Of a stretch of DNA of 64,000 nt, positions 19,518 through 29,481 are shown piece by piece. Source of the DNA: an uncultured Gammaproteobacteria bacterium. GTDB taxonomy: Bacteria > Patescibacteriota > Patescibacteriia > S139-126. The stretch lies in the NCBI GenBank assembly GCA_964620905.1, contig CAZUKA010000001.1, positions 222,524 to 286,523 of the forward strand, given 5' to 3'. The position numbers and the translations under genes are program-made. Each line of letters starts with the position of its first letter. Positions within the stretch are counted from its first letter, which is position 1. The notes beneath the pieces are model-generated. The model was not told where the DNA came from and did not search any database. It worked only from the letters and a program-made list of their open reading frames with translations.

Positions 19518-21278
19518 TTAATTTCCCAATATAGCTTTAATTCTTCTCACCCCAGCTGAAGAAGCTTCTTCTTTACTAATTTTAAAGCTTACTAATTCAG
19601 CTGTATTATCTACGTGCGGTCCGCCACATAATTCGCGACTAAACCAATTATCTTCATCACCAACGGTGTAAACTTTTACTTTGGCACCATACTTTTGGGT
19701 AAATAACCCCAGTGCCCCTTTTTGTTTAGCTTCTTCCACAGTCATTTCGGTCCACCAAACCTTTAGTTTTTTATTAATCTGATCATTAACAATATCTTCC
19801 ACTTGTTTGATTTGTTCTGGTGTCATTTTTTCAGGATGAGAAAAATCAAAACGCAAACGATCTTTGGTAATATTTGAACCTTTTTGGGCAACATGTTCAC
19901 CTAATACTTTTCTCAACGCTGCCTGTAATAGATGAGTGGCTGTATGCAAACGTTTTACTTCATCACTATGATCGGCAAGGCCTCCAGCAAATTTTTGTTC
20001 TCCTCCAGCTCGGGAGAGCTCTTGGTGTACTTTAATTTTTTCATAAAATGAATCCAAATCAACCTCCACACCTAAACGCTTAATCTCATCAATGGGATAA
20101 CCATAGGTAGTATAAAGTTGGAAAGCTTCTTCACCAGTCAATTTACCATCACTGATAAATTGCTGGACTTTTTTTTCTCCTTCATTTAAAACTTTACTGA
20201 ATTTTTCTTCTTCAATAGAAATTTCAGATATTATTTTTTGTTGATTTCTTGAAAGTTCCTGATAAATATCTTTCATTGTTTCAATAACCACTTTACCTAT
20301 ATTTTGTAAAAAATTATTTTCAATTCCCAATTCCCTGCCCTGTCTAATAGCTGTCCTAAGTAAGCGTCTGACCACATAACCTTGATCAACGTTTGACGGT
20401 ACTACGCCCTGATCATCACCCATAATCATTACCGCTGCCCTGACGTGGTCAGTTATGATTCTAATAGCACGAGTATTGGTTTTATCTCTGGCTAATGATT
20501 CAATTTTATTATAAATTGGTCGCAAAGTATCAACCTCATAAACATTTTTATAACCATTAAGTACTGCCACTGTCCGTTCCAAACCCATTCCAGTATCAAC
20601 ATTTTTTTGCTGAGCGGGAAGGTATTTACCTGTCTCATCTTTGTAATACTGCATGAACACGTCGTTCCAAATCTCTACCCAATTTGCTTCATCATTACCT
20701 GGATTTGATTCAAGTGGCGGTAAACCTTCACCTACCCAATAAAACATTTCGGTATCAGGACCACAGGGGCCAGTTTTGCCAGCTGGTCCCCACCAATTAT
20801 TTTTCTTCGGCAGATAAGCAATTTTGTGTTCGGGTACACCCAATGCTAACCACTTAGCAGCTGATTCCTCATCTTTTGGTGCATCTTCATCACCAATAAA
20901 TACTGAAACGGCTAATTTAACTTTATCAAGTCCAAGCCAATCAGCTGATGTTAAAAATTCCCATGAATACTCAATAGCTTCATTTTTAAAATACTCACCT
21001 AGTGACCAATTGCCAAGCATTTCAAAAAAAGTAAGATGGGTATCATCTCCCACTTCATCAATATCACCGGTACGGATACATTTTTGATAATTTACCAATT
21101 TATTACCACTAGGGTGTTTTTCACCCATTAAATAAGGAACTAACGGGTGCATCCCCGCGGTAGTAAAAAGTACAGTTGGATCATTTTCTGGCAATAAAGA
21201 GGCGCCATCAATAATAACGTGATTTTTACTCACAAAAAAATCCAGATATTTTTGTCGTAGTTCTTTGGTAGTTATCAT
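19518..21278 (-). CDS. alaS: Alanyl-tRNA synthetase, short form (catalytic + editing domains, no C-Ala domain)
   Basis: Class II motifs in MITTKELRQKYLDFFVSKNHVIIDGASLLPENDPTVLFTTAGMHPLVPY. Editing-domain zinc ligands present (HTATHLL ... CGGPHV). Only 586 aa versus ~870 in canonical AlaRS. Confidence 0.8.
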   Translation of the reverse strand: MITTKELRQKYLDFFVSKNHVIIDGASLLPENDPTVLFTTAGMHPLVPYLMGEKHPSGNKLVNYQKCIRTGDIDEVGDDTHLTFFEMLGNWSLGEYFKNEAIEYSWEFLTSADWLGLDKVKLAVSVFIGDEDAPKDEESAAKWLALGVPEHKIAYLPKKNNWWGPAGKTGPCGPDTEMFYWVGEGLPPLESNPGNDEANWVEIWNDVFMQYYKDETGKYLPAQQKNVDTGMGLERTVAVLNGYKNVYEVDTLRPIYNKIESLARDKTNTRAIRIITDHVRAAVMIMGDDQGVVPSNVDQGYVVRRLLRTAIRQGRELGIENNFLQNIGKVVIETMKDIYQELSRNQQKIISEISIEEEKFSKVLNEGEKKVQQFISDGKLTGEEAFQLYTTYGYPIDEIKRLGVEVDLDSFYEKIKVHQELSRAGGEQKFAGGLADHSDEVKRLHTATHLLQAALRKVLGEHVAQKGSNITKDRLRFDFSHPEKMTPEQIKQVEDIVNDQINKKLKVWWTEMTVEEAKQKGALGLFTQKYGAKVKVYTVGDEDNWFSRELCGGPHVDNTAELVSFKISKEEASSAGVRRIKAILGN

Positions 21279-21333
21279 TTTTCTATTATATCAGTAATTG
21301 TGATTATAAAGTTAAATTAAACGATTGGCAAAT

Positions 21334-22413
21334 TTATTTTATAATCCCTCCCCCCAAACAGACCTCACCTTGATAAAACACCACGCTTTGTCCACTAGTT
21401 ACTGCCCGTTGCGGTTGTTTAAAATTGACTACTAATTTATCTTTTTTATTATTTTTATAATCAATTTCTGCCTCTTGATCAGATTGGCGATAACGGATTT
21501 TTGCACTCAAAATCATTGGCAAATCTGGTTTAGGGATTAACCAATTTATCTGTTCAGCGATTAATGATTGTTTATAAAGTTTAGGATGATGAGCACCTTT
21601 GACCACATAAAGAATATTTTTTTTTATATCTTTAGCAACTACATACAAAGGCAGTCCAGTGCCACCAACTTTTATACCCCGTCTTTGCCCAATTGTGTAC
21701 CAAGAGAGTCCCTCGTGACGGCCAATAATCTTATTATTCTCCGCATCAATAATATTACCAGGTACAGCTTTTATATACTGGGACAAAAATAAACGTAAAT
21801 CAACCTCGCCAATAAAACATATACCTTGCGAATCTGGTTTATCTTTGGTTGGCAATTTCATCTTTTTAGCCATGGCTCTCACTTCGGGTTTATTATAATC
21901 TCCGACAGGAAATAATACCTTTTGTAAAACTTCTGGATTTATACCATACAAAAAATATGATTGATCTTTATTTTGATCTATACCTTTTAAAAGCTGAGTA
22001 GTTGATTTAATTATTTTTGTCCTGGCATAATGTCCGGTGGCAATAAAATCTGCACCTAAACTAATTGCTTGATCAAAAAATAATTTAAATTTTATTTCTG
22101 AGTTACATAAAATATCAGGGTTTGGTGTCCTGCCAGATTTGTATTCAGTAAAAAAATAATCAATCACCCGACGTTTATACTGTTGTTCAAAATTAAAAAC
22201 CTCCAAAGGAATAGATAATCTTTTAGCTACACTTTGAGCATCTTTAAAATCTTGTTGCCACGGACAGTCATCAAGCACTGCAAAACTGTCAGACCAATTC
22301 TTCATAAATACCCCGATTACTTCATAACCTTGTTTTTTTAGGAGTGCCGCAGCTACTGATGAATCAACACCACCTGACATTCCCACTACTACTTTTCCTT
22401 TTTTTCGGACCAT
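21334..22413 (-). CDS. mnmA: tRNA-specific 2-thiouridylase
   Basis: PP-loop SGGVDSS in KVVVGMSGGVDSSVAAALLKKQGYEVIGVFMKNW. Length and C-terminal features fit MnmA. Confidence 0.8.
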   Translation of the reverse strand: MVRKKGKVVVGMSGGVDSSVAAALLKKQGYEVIGVFMKNWSDSFAVLDDCPWQQDFKDAQSVAKRLSIPLEVFNFEQQYKRRVIDYFFTEYKSGRTPNPDILCNSEIKFKLFFDQAISLGADFIATGHYARTKIIKSTTQLLKGIDQNKDQSYFLYGINPEVLQKVLFPVGDYNKPEVRAMAKKMKLPTKDKPDSQGICFIGEVDLRLFLSQYIKAVPGNIIDAENNKIIGRHEGLSWYTIGQRRGIKVGGTGLPLYVVAKDIKKNILYVVKGAHHPKLYKQSLIAEQINWLIPKPDLPMILSAKIRYRQSDQEAEIDYKNNKKDKLVVNFKQPQRAVTSGQSVVFYQGEVCLGGGIIK

Positions 22414-22420
22414 ATGTACC

Positions 22421-23224
22421 CTACTTTAGCAAATAAACAAAAACCAAAAGTATAGTCCCCAATGCCAATCGGTACCAAACAAATATCTTTAAATTTCTAG
22501 TTGTTAAAATTTTCAACAACCAAAAAATTGCTAAATAACCGGATAAAAAACTAAAAATAAAACCAACAATAAGATTACTTATAATAATTTTTTCTGGCTG
22601 ATTGATCAATTCAAATAAATTTAAAAAACCGGCTGCGGCAATCAAGGGAATGCTCATAATAAAACTAAATCTAGCTGCCAATGATCTAGATAATGATTGA
22701 AATAAACCAGCAGTAATAGTGATACCACTCCGTGAAGTCCCGGGTAGTAAGCTTAGTACTTGGAAAAAACCAATTATTAAACCTTGACGCCAATTTAACT
22801 CAGTTAATTGTTCTATTTTTTTTGGCTGCTTTTCTATATAAATATCCGACCACCACATAACTAGTGCCCAAAATATTAAATTAAAAAGTACTAAACCTGG
22901 TAATCTTAAATCTTCACTAACAAAATCTTTAATTAAAAAACCAATCAGGCCAGCCGGAATTATGCTAATTAGAACAATTAGCATAAACTTCTTACTAATT
23001 TTATCTTGGGGGTTGAACACGCCTTTAATTAAAGAGTAAATATCCTGCCGAAAATAAATTAAAACCGCTAGTAATGTACCCAAATGTAAAAATGCATCAA
23101 AAGCCAGGCCAAAATCAGGGATTTGAGTAAATTTTTGTAAAAGCAATAAATGACCAGATGATGAAATTGGTAAAAATTCAGTCACACCCTGAACTATTCC
23201 CAAAATTATTGTTTGCCACCACAT
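22421..23224 (-). CDS. uppP: Undecaprenyl-diphosphate phosphatase
   Basis: MWWQTIILGIVQGVTEFLPISSSGHLLLL (BacA/UppP signature), 8 TM helices, second motif PGTSRSGITITAG. Confidence 0.85.
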   Translation of the reverse strand: MWWQTIILGIVQGVTEFLPISSSGHLLLLQKFTQIPDFGLAFDAFLHLGTLLAVLIYFRQDIYSLIKGVFNPQDKISKKFMLIVLISIIPAGLIGFLIKDFVSEDLRLPGLVLFNLIFWALVMWWSDIYIEKQPKKIEQLTELNWRQGLIIGFFQVLSLLPGTSRSGITITAGLFQSLSRSLAARFSFIMSIPLIAAAGFLNLFELINQPEKIIISNLIVGFIFSFLSGYLAIFWLLKILTTRNLKIFVWYRLALGTILLVFVYLLK

Positions 23225-23320
23225 ATATAAAAATTTTCAAATTATATAATTTTAAATTTTTTCCAAAAAGTAACTCCTCTACCTGTTATTATTAATAAAT
23301 AAACTTAAATAAGATAAAAT

Positions 23321-24817
23321 TTATTTAATTTCAACAATCACATTTTTCTCCAATGCTTTAAGAGCGAGTTTAATCCGATCCTGACTTTGTGCATAAAAAG
23401 TAAACAATTTATCTTTTACTCTCACTTTATCCTGATAATGAACATGCATATGAATTCCTGCGATTTTATCACTAGGTGCACCTAAATTTACACAAATTTC
23501 ATTGATAGCTTTGTTATTTATAAATACTACCCGACCATTTTTCTTGGCATGAATTTCATAATTCAGTGCCCCCAGTGCCACTTCATCGGAATCAATATCG
23601 GCATTACCTCCTTGAGCAGCAATAATCTTTTTCATTTGCCTATTAGCTTCACCACTAATTAATTGACGTTGAGCAATCTTTTCTCCTTGACCCAACTTAC
23701 AGAATCCAGCTAACTCTAGTAAATAGCCAGATAGCCTAACTGCTTTCTTTTCAAGATCTACTGGTCGTAATTCTTTTTGTTGTAATACTCTTAGTACATC
23801 TCTTGCTTCCAAAGCTGGTCCAATACCTCGACCGACTGGTTCAAATGATGGAGTTCTAACAACTTTCACCTTCATACCAAACTTTTTTGCTAAATACAAA
23901 AACTTTTTTTCAATTTCATCAGCAAATTTATTTTTTGGTATTTTGGTAGTTGGTCCGATTGGTAAATCAAGAACTAAATAATCAACCCCCATAGCCACCT
24001 TTTTGGCCATAATAGAGACTATCATTTTGTCATACGGTTCAATACCCAGTGGTCTAGTTATCCGTACGATTTTATCATCGGCTGGAGCTAAATTTACCCC
24101 ACCCCCCCAAACCATACAAGCATTGACCCGTTTTACAATCTTTTTTATTTCCGTCATAGAAAATGTTACTGGAGCTAAAACTTCCATTGTATCAGCTGTT
24201 CCTGATGGAGAAGTAATCGCCCGGCTGGAAGTTTTGGGAATGTACAATCCAAGCGATGAAACAATTGGTACCACGACCATTGTAGTTCGGTTCCCTGGCA
24301 GCCCTCCAACTGAATGTTTATCAACTGCTGGTACGTTCAAATTTAGCATTTCACCTGTTTCGGCAACTGCTTTTGAAGTATAGTAAAGTTCGTCTAAGGT
24401 ATAATCACGTAAATAACTGGAAGCTACATAATAAGTTGTCTCTATTTCTGAAAATCTATCATCAACAATATCTTTAATTATTGAATAGATTTCGTCGTAA
24501 TTTAATTTTTTACCAAAAATTTTTTTTCTAATTGCCTGAATGGATGGTGGCCGCGAAACAATCTCCACTTCGACTATTTCACTATCCAGAGAAGATTTTT
24601 TATTCCATAACTCTTTAAATAAACCAACTTCACCTGGTTTTACTTTGCTGGTAGTAGTTCTAATTTCAGCAATTCTTTTTAAACGATTATTCCAGGTTAA
24701 CTGAATTCTATCACCAGCCATTACTCCATAATACTCTGCTTCCTCCTCATTTATCACTACTACTGGTTCGTTGCCAGTAGAAAAATCCAATTTTTTTGAT
24801 TTTAAGAAAAAGGACAT
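23321..24817 (-). CDS. deoA: AMP phosphorylase (archaeal-type thymidine-phosphorylase family, DeoA-like)
   Basis: About 500 aa with an N-terminal extension preceding the glycosyl-transferase family-3 fold (HSVGGLPGNRTTMVVVPIV ... GIEPYDKMI). Immediately downstream of RuBisCO in the same operon. Confidence 0.7.
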   Translation of the reverse strand: MSFFLKSKKLDFSTGNEPVVVINEEEAEYYGVMAGDRIQLTWNNRLKRIAEIRTTTSKVKPGEVGLFKELWNKKSSLDSEIVEVEIVSRPPSIQAIRKKIFGKKLNYDEIYSIIKDIVDDRFSEIETTYYVASSYLRDYTLDELYYTSKAVAETGEMLNLNVPAVDKHSVGGLPGNRTTMVVVPIVSSLGLYIPKTSSRAITSPSGTADTMEVLAPVTFSMTEIKKIVKRVNACMVWGGGVNLAPADDKIVRITRPLGIEPYDKMIVSIMAKKVAMGVDYLVLDLPIGPTTKIPKNKFADEIEKKFLYLAKKFGMKVKVVRTPSFEPVGRGIGPALEARDVLRVLQQKELRPVDLEKKAVRLSGYLLELAGFCKLGQGEKIAQRQLISGEANRQMKKIIAAQGGNADIDSDEVALGALNYEIHAKKNGRVVFINNKAINEICVNLGAPSDKIAGIHMHVHYQDKVRVKDKLFTFYAQSQDRIKLALKALEKNVIVEIK

Positions 24818-24866
24818 GTCTACAAATTATAAATTATAAATTTTAAATTATTAATAAAATAATTTA

Positions 24867-26159
24867 TTAATTTTTCACATTTTGCCAATATTCAAGAGCA
24901 GTTTTGAGTTCTGGTCTGTTTTTGGCATAAGAATGTAAGTTTGCTCCCAAAGAAGCTGCTTCAACTGCATCTCTGGCAGCTACTGCCCCTGCAAAAGAAC
25001 CATCCGGATGACCATGAATACCACCGCCAAAATTGATAATTAAATTACGGCCTAAAATTTTAATAAGTTCTGATGCTAATCCAGGATGCAAACCCCCAGA
25101 AGCGATTGGCATCACCGGTTTTATTTTTGACCAATTTTCTCGCAAGTAATCTATCTCGCCGGCATCTTCTCTTAAAAAATCATTTAGGGTATCTACTTCA
25201 TGTGCGGTTCCTTCCATTTTACCCACCACCGTTCCTGTATGTAATTGATCAATACCAGCCAATCTTGATAATTTTGCTAAAACCAACATGCTCATTCCCT
25301 GGGTTGGATCTTTGGTAAACATACTATGACCCGCTCGGTGTCCATGTAAAATCAAACCTAAATTTTGTTTTCTTATTGATTGAATAGCTGACCATCCCAT
25401 TGCCACAATATCAACCATCACTACCCGTCCGCTTCTTTTTTTAACATATTTTGCTCTTTGTAAAGCAATGTCATAAGGACCAGTGATATTGAAAACAAAA
25501 ACTTTTCTTTCACCTGTCTCTTTTTCTACTTTTTTTCTGACCGCAATCAATTTATCAACTCTTTCATAAAAATTGTTAAACGTCAGCGAAGTAAGATTTT
25601 CATCATCTTTTATTATATCCACGCCCCCCCGCCAAGTTTCATAAGCTACCGCAGCAGTTTCTGCAACATCCAAACCAACTTTTGGTTTTATAATACTTCC
25701 TACTAATGCACGATTATAAACTTTCATAATTTTTCTTATCCCCCCAATCCCATGAAATGGACCTAAACAAAAGTTAATATATTTTTTTGGAAAAGCTATA
25801 TCTTCCAGCCGCAAACGTTCCACAATTTTCATACTAAATATATTGCCACCCAAAAAAGACAATAATTGTGGTAAATTACCAATTTCCGACAGCGCCAAAG
25901 GATATGCAACTTTTATAAAACCACGCCGCTTATCGACTTCATAAACATGAGGAGTCAATTTTATTTTAGTAGCTTCAGACAATGTTTCTAAGTGCGTCCA
26001 GGTACCAATCGATGATTCTCCCGCAATCGCTTCTGCTACTGTAGTAAAGGTCTGCCCTTTAGCGGGTAAAATATGATAAGTAACTAAAAACTCCTTGTCT
26101 AAATTTGGTTTATAATGTTGATCAATAAATCCTTGGTAAGAAGTGGTAAATTTTTTCAT
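24867..26159 (-). CDS. rbcL: Ribulose-1,5-bisphosphate carboxylase large subunit, form II/III-like
   Basis: Active-site motifs: KPKVGL (carbamylated Lys), GGVDIIKDDE, HGHRAGH, GGGIHGHPDG. About 430 aa, as for form III and II/III enzymes. Confidence 0.85.
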   Translation of the reverse strand: MKKFTTSYQGFIDQHYKPNLDKEFLVTYHILPAKGQTFTTVAEAIAGESSIGTWTHLETLSEATKIKLTPHVYEVDKRRGFIKVAYPLALSEIGNLPQLLSFLGGNIFSMKIVERLRLEDIAFPKKYINFCLGPFHGIGGIRKIMKVYNRALVGSIIKPKVGLDVAETAAVAYETWRGGVDIIKDDENLTSLTFNNFYERVDKLIAVRKKVEKETGERKVFVFNITGPYDIALQRAKYVKKRSGRVVMVDIVAMGWSAIQSIRKQNLGLILHGHRAGHSMFTKDPTQGMSMLVLAKLSRLAGIDQLHTGTVVGKMEGTAHEVDTLNDFLREDAGEIDYLRENWSKIKPVMPIASGGLHPGLASELIKILGRNLIINFGGGIHGHPDGSFAGAVAARDAVEAASLGANLHSYAKNRPELKTALEYWQNVKN

Positions 26160-26767
26160 AATTTATCAATTAATTGTTTTAAATTGCTTATAACCAAATC
26201 TGCTGATATTGGTTTAATATTTGTATTATCTCGATTATACCAACAGGTTTTAAAATTTATTTTCTTGGCGGCTCTGATATTTTCTATTTTATCATCAATA
26301 AACAAAGTTCGGGAGGGATTTAGTTTATATTTTTTTATCAGTTCCCGATAAATTTTTAGATCTGGTTTTTTGACATAATATTGCCAAGAATAAACTTTGC
26401 CTAAAAAATATTTTTGGAATTTAAATCTTTTTTCTAGATACTTTGACCATTCGCGAGGAATATTTGACAAAATAAAAAGGTTTTTATTTTGTTTACGAAA
26501 TAATCTTACTACTCTATGAAAATCTTTATCTAAATAATGTCTTAGATAAAATTTTTTCTCCAAAACAGTAAATTTTTTACCAACCCCCATCAACTTCCAA
26601 AATTTTTTTTGATTAATTTTACTAAGTGCATAATCATGATAAATTTTTCGGCAATATGAATGCTGCTTGTGTTGCGGTAAAATGGGGAAAAGTATATTTC
26701 TAATATTTTGTCCTTCGGAAATAATTACTCCATAAATATCAAACACAATATTTTCTATTTCAACCAT
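26156..26767 (-). CDS. HAD-superfamily hydrolase-like protein (haloacid-dehalogenase-type DxYG motif I)
   Basis: Motif I IVFDIYGVI (Asp nucleophile, D+2 replaced by Tyr as in L-2-haloacid dehalogenase-type members), motif II FILSN, motif III K in VKKPD, motif IV LFIDDKIEN. Overlaps rbcL by 4 bp and e2b2 by 13 bp. Confidence 0.45.
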   Translation of the reverse strand: MVEIENIVFDIYGVIISEGQNIRNILFPILPQHKQHSYCRKIYHDYALSKINQKKFWKLMGVGKKFTVLEKKFYLRHYLDKDFHRVVRLFRKQNKNLFILSNIPREWSKYLEKRFKFQKYFLGKVYSWQYYVKKPDLKIYRELIKKYKLNPSRTLFIDDKIENIRAAKKINFKTCWYNRDNTNIKPISADLVISNLKQLIDKL

Positions 26768-27681
26768 AAATATCTTTTTACAATGCTGGCTACTTGTTTT
26801 GGTTTTATCACGCCAAACTCTGTAATTAGACCACTGATCAACTTTGCTGGTACCCGATCAAAAGCGTAGTTCAATATTCGCACTTGCGCAGGTTTATTTG
26901 GCCAAATTTCTTTGTCTGATCTCATTTCAATTTTTACATTATTATGGTAGTCAAACTTCAATAAGCTGGTGGCAACAAAAAACGGTATTTTATTTAGATA
27001 AGCACTGGCCGCAATATCATAAGTTCCAATTTTATTGATAATACTACCATCTTTTTTTATAGCATCCGCTCCCACCACTATAGCTTGTATCATTAAATCT
27101 TTTCCAGAATATGGTGAGATTAAAAAACCACTCGCGCTATCTGCAAGCTGAGTAACAGGTATGTTTAAACGAATTAGATCTTTAGCAGTCAGTCGACCTT
27201 GGTATAAAGGTCTAGTTTCATCAGCAAAGACATGTAACTTAGGGTTTTTTTTATGTAAACTGGCAAATATTTTAACAACTATTGATGAATGACAATGGGT
27301 CAAAATATTATTGTATTTTTTCAAAGCCAAAACACCAAACTGGATTATGGAATTTTCGTTTTTTTTGATTAAGAGTTCATATTCCCCTAACCATTTTTTC
27401 AACAAAAATTTTAATTTTTTTAAATCAGTATTAGTTGGGATAGTAGAGATTTTTTGATGAAGAAATAGATATAAACTCTGGGCATACAATCCAGTCGGTC
27501 GAGCATAAGCTAAATTTTTAGTTGCTATTAAAAAATCGATTTTGAATGATTTAAAATTTTTATCAGTAGTAGTGTTGAGCAAAGACAATAATGTCTTGAT
27601 GGTTTCTTTAGCAATATTAGTTGCACCCTGAATTTCCAAATTTTTAATTTTTTTGACAACTTTGTTTATATTGATTGACAT
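26755..27681 (-). CDS. e2b2: Ribose-1,5-bisphosphate isomerase (eIF-2B alpha/beta/delta family)
   Basis: eIF2B-like fold (ADETRPLYQGRLTAKDLIRLNIPVTQLADSA ... AIVVGADAIKKDGSIINKIGT). Operon partner of RuBisCO and AMP phosphorylase. Confidence 0.7.
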   Translation of the reverse strand: MSININKVVKKIKNLEIQGATNIAKETIKTLLSLLNTTTDKNFKSFKIDFLIATKNLAYARPTGLYAQSLYLFLHQKISTIPTNTDLKKLKFLLKKWLGEYELLIKKNENSIIQFGVLALKKYNNILTHCHSSIVVKIFASLHKKNPKLHVFADETRPLYQGRLTAKDLIRLNIPVTQLADSASGFLISPYSGKDLMIQAIVVGADAIKKDGSIINKIGTYDIAASAYLNKIPFFVATSLLKFDYHNNVKIEMRSDKEIWPNKPAQVRILNYAFDRVPAKLISGLITEFGVIKPKQVASIVKRYLWLK

Positions 27682-27690
27682 GTTAATAAA

Positions 27691-29478
27691 CTAAAATTTA
27701 ATCTTATCACCGGGTTTTATTTTTTTGTCCAGTTCGGTGGTGGAAACAGGAAGAGTCTTTTTTTCTTTTGCCTTGATTTGCTCTGGTTGATTTTTAACTA
27801 AAATTTCCAATCTTCCCAACGCTTCACTAAGTGAAATTTCGGCTGGAGTTTCTTTGACCACATCTTCTACTAAAATTTTTTGACGTGACGGCTGACTAGA
27901 TTTGATCGGATGGAATGATTTTTTATTTTCTATTTTTGGCCAAGTTATCAATTTTTGCTTATATAACTTTAAGCAATCTGGACAAAATACTGGTCTGATA
28001 CCATCGGGTTGAAATTTAATCTTAACTTCCTTTTGACAATTCGAGCATTGGGCTGTATAAAAATTTTCGTTTGTATTATTTTTAGTTGTTATTATTTTCT
28101 TGGTTTGCAACTTACTGTCATCAGAAAAATTTATTTGCTTATTTTTTGTTTTTACCAACTCTGAACTTTGACTAAGTTCCTCGTTATTAAAACCAGCCCA
28201 TCGCGCAATTTTGTCTTCAATAACCTCTCTTTTGGTGGCATACCTTTCTCTGGTAACTTTGATAATTTTTTCTTCGTTCAGTTGATCTTTTGGTAGTGGA
28301 GGCAAAGTTGTTGCTGAAAAAGGCGTGGAAGCAAGACCATCAATCATTAATTTCAAATAAATATCATATTTCGCCAAATTTACTAAATCTGTCTCATCAA
28401 ACGTAGGGGTAAATTCTTTTGCTAAAAATTCAGCATCATCTGCACCTACTCGAAAAGTTACTAAAGTGCCAACATTACCAAAAACCGCGTCCCGCACGCG
28501 AGTTGAATCAGTGGTTACCAATTGGGCGATATATTGATGGGCAATAATCAAATTCAGACGGTACTTTCTGGCCTCCGACAAAATATCAGCGAAAGAATTG
28601 GTTACAAAATTTTGAAATTCATCAACATACAGATAAAAGTCCTCTCGTTTATTTTCTGGTATATCTACTCTACCCATTGCTGCCATTTGGATCTTAGTTA
28701 TCATCATGGCTCCCAGTAAAGCCGAAGCGTCTTCGCCAATTCTACCCTTTGAAAGATTGAGTAATAATATTTTCTTATTGTCCATAATTTCTCGTAAATC
28801 TATGGTCGATTTAACCTGACCAACAATATTGCGAATTAACGACAAAGATAGAAACTGACCAACTTTATTTTGAATTGGTGAAATAGCTTCCACCTGAAAC
28901 TGTTGGTTATATTTGGGATATTCTTGAGTCCAAAAACTCTTTACCACCGGATCGTTTATTTTATCAACGACTTTTTTTCGATACTCTTTATCAACTAATA
29001 TTCTAGTAACACCCAATAAAGTAGCCCCGGGGTAATCAAGTAATGCCAAGATGGCATTGCGTAATAAATATTCCAGACGCGGCCCCCAGGAGTCAGCCCA
29101 TAATTTTTTAAAAATGCCAATCAATCCAGACGCTACCAGATTTTTTTGATGTGGTTCGTCGACAGATTCTAAAATATTGAAAGCTAATGGATAATCAACG
29201 TCAGATGGATTAAAATAAACTACATCATTTATTCGCTGGGCTGGTATCGCATTTAATAAATCTTCAACCAATTCCCCATGCGGATCCACCACAGCTAAAC
29301 CATTTCCATTGTAAATATCTTGAATGGCCATATTCTTCAATACTTCTGATTTACCCGAGCCAGTTTTACCAATGACATACATATGACGACGACGGTCGTC
29401 TTTTTTTATACCAAATTCGCGCGTTTGATTACGAAAATTTGTTTTAGCAAAATAAGTTATTTCTGGATGGAAATTCAT
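27691..29478 (-). CDS. TraG/VirD4/HerA-superfamily P-loop ATPase with C-terminal zinc ribbon
   Basis: Walker A HMYVIGKTGSGKSEVL, Walker B LYVDEFQNF, C-terminal CSNCQ-x17-CPDC ribbon and Lys-rich tail. No N-terminal TM segments. Confidence 0.55.
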   Translation of the reverse strand: MNFHPEITYFAKTNFRNQTREFGIKKDDRRRHMYVIGKTGSGKSEVLKNMAIQDIYNGNGLAVVDPHGELVEDLLNAIPAQRINDVVYFNPSDVDYPLAFNILESVDEPHQKNLVASGLIGIFKKLWADSWGPRLEYLLRNAILALLDYPGATLLGVTRILVDKEYRKKVVDKINDPVVKSFWTQEYPKYNQQFQVEAISPIQNKVGQFLSLSLIRNIVGQVKSTIDLREIMDNKKILLLNLSKGRIGEDASALLGAMMITKIQMAAMGRVDIPENKREDFYLYVDEFQNFVTNSFADILSEARKYRLNLIIAHQYIAQLVTTDSTRVRDAVFGNVGTLVTFRVGADDAEFLAKEFTPTFDETDLVNLAKYDIYLKLMIDGLASTPFSATTLPPLPKDQLNEEKIIKVTRERYATKREVIEDKIARWAGFNNEELSQSSELVKTKNKQINFSDDSKLQTKKIITTKNNTNENFYTAQCSNCQKEVKIKFQPDGIRPVFCPDCLKLYKQKLITWPKIENKKSFHPIKSSQPSRQKILVEDVVKETPAEISLSEALGRLEILVKNQPEQIKAKEKKTLPVSTTELDKKIKPGDKIKF

Positions 29479-29481
29479 AAT

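Noticed and set aside
24003-24383. 126-aa plus-strand ORF antisense to the AMP phosphorylase gene, and similar short antisense ORFs at 4325-4531, 5173-5358, 8229-8420, 36809-37096, 38173-38716, 57465-57653, 58014-58235
   Set aside because: All lie fully inside strongly supported genes on the opposite strand, have no motifs and no signals. These are typical shadow ORFs.
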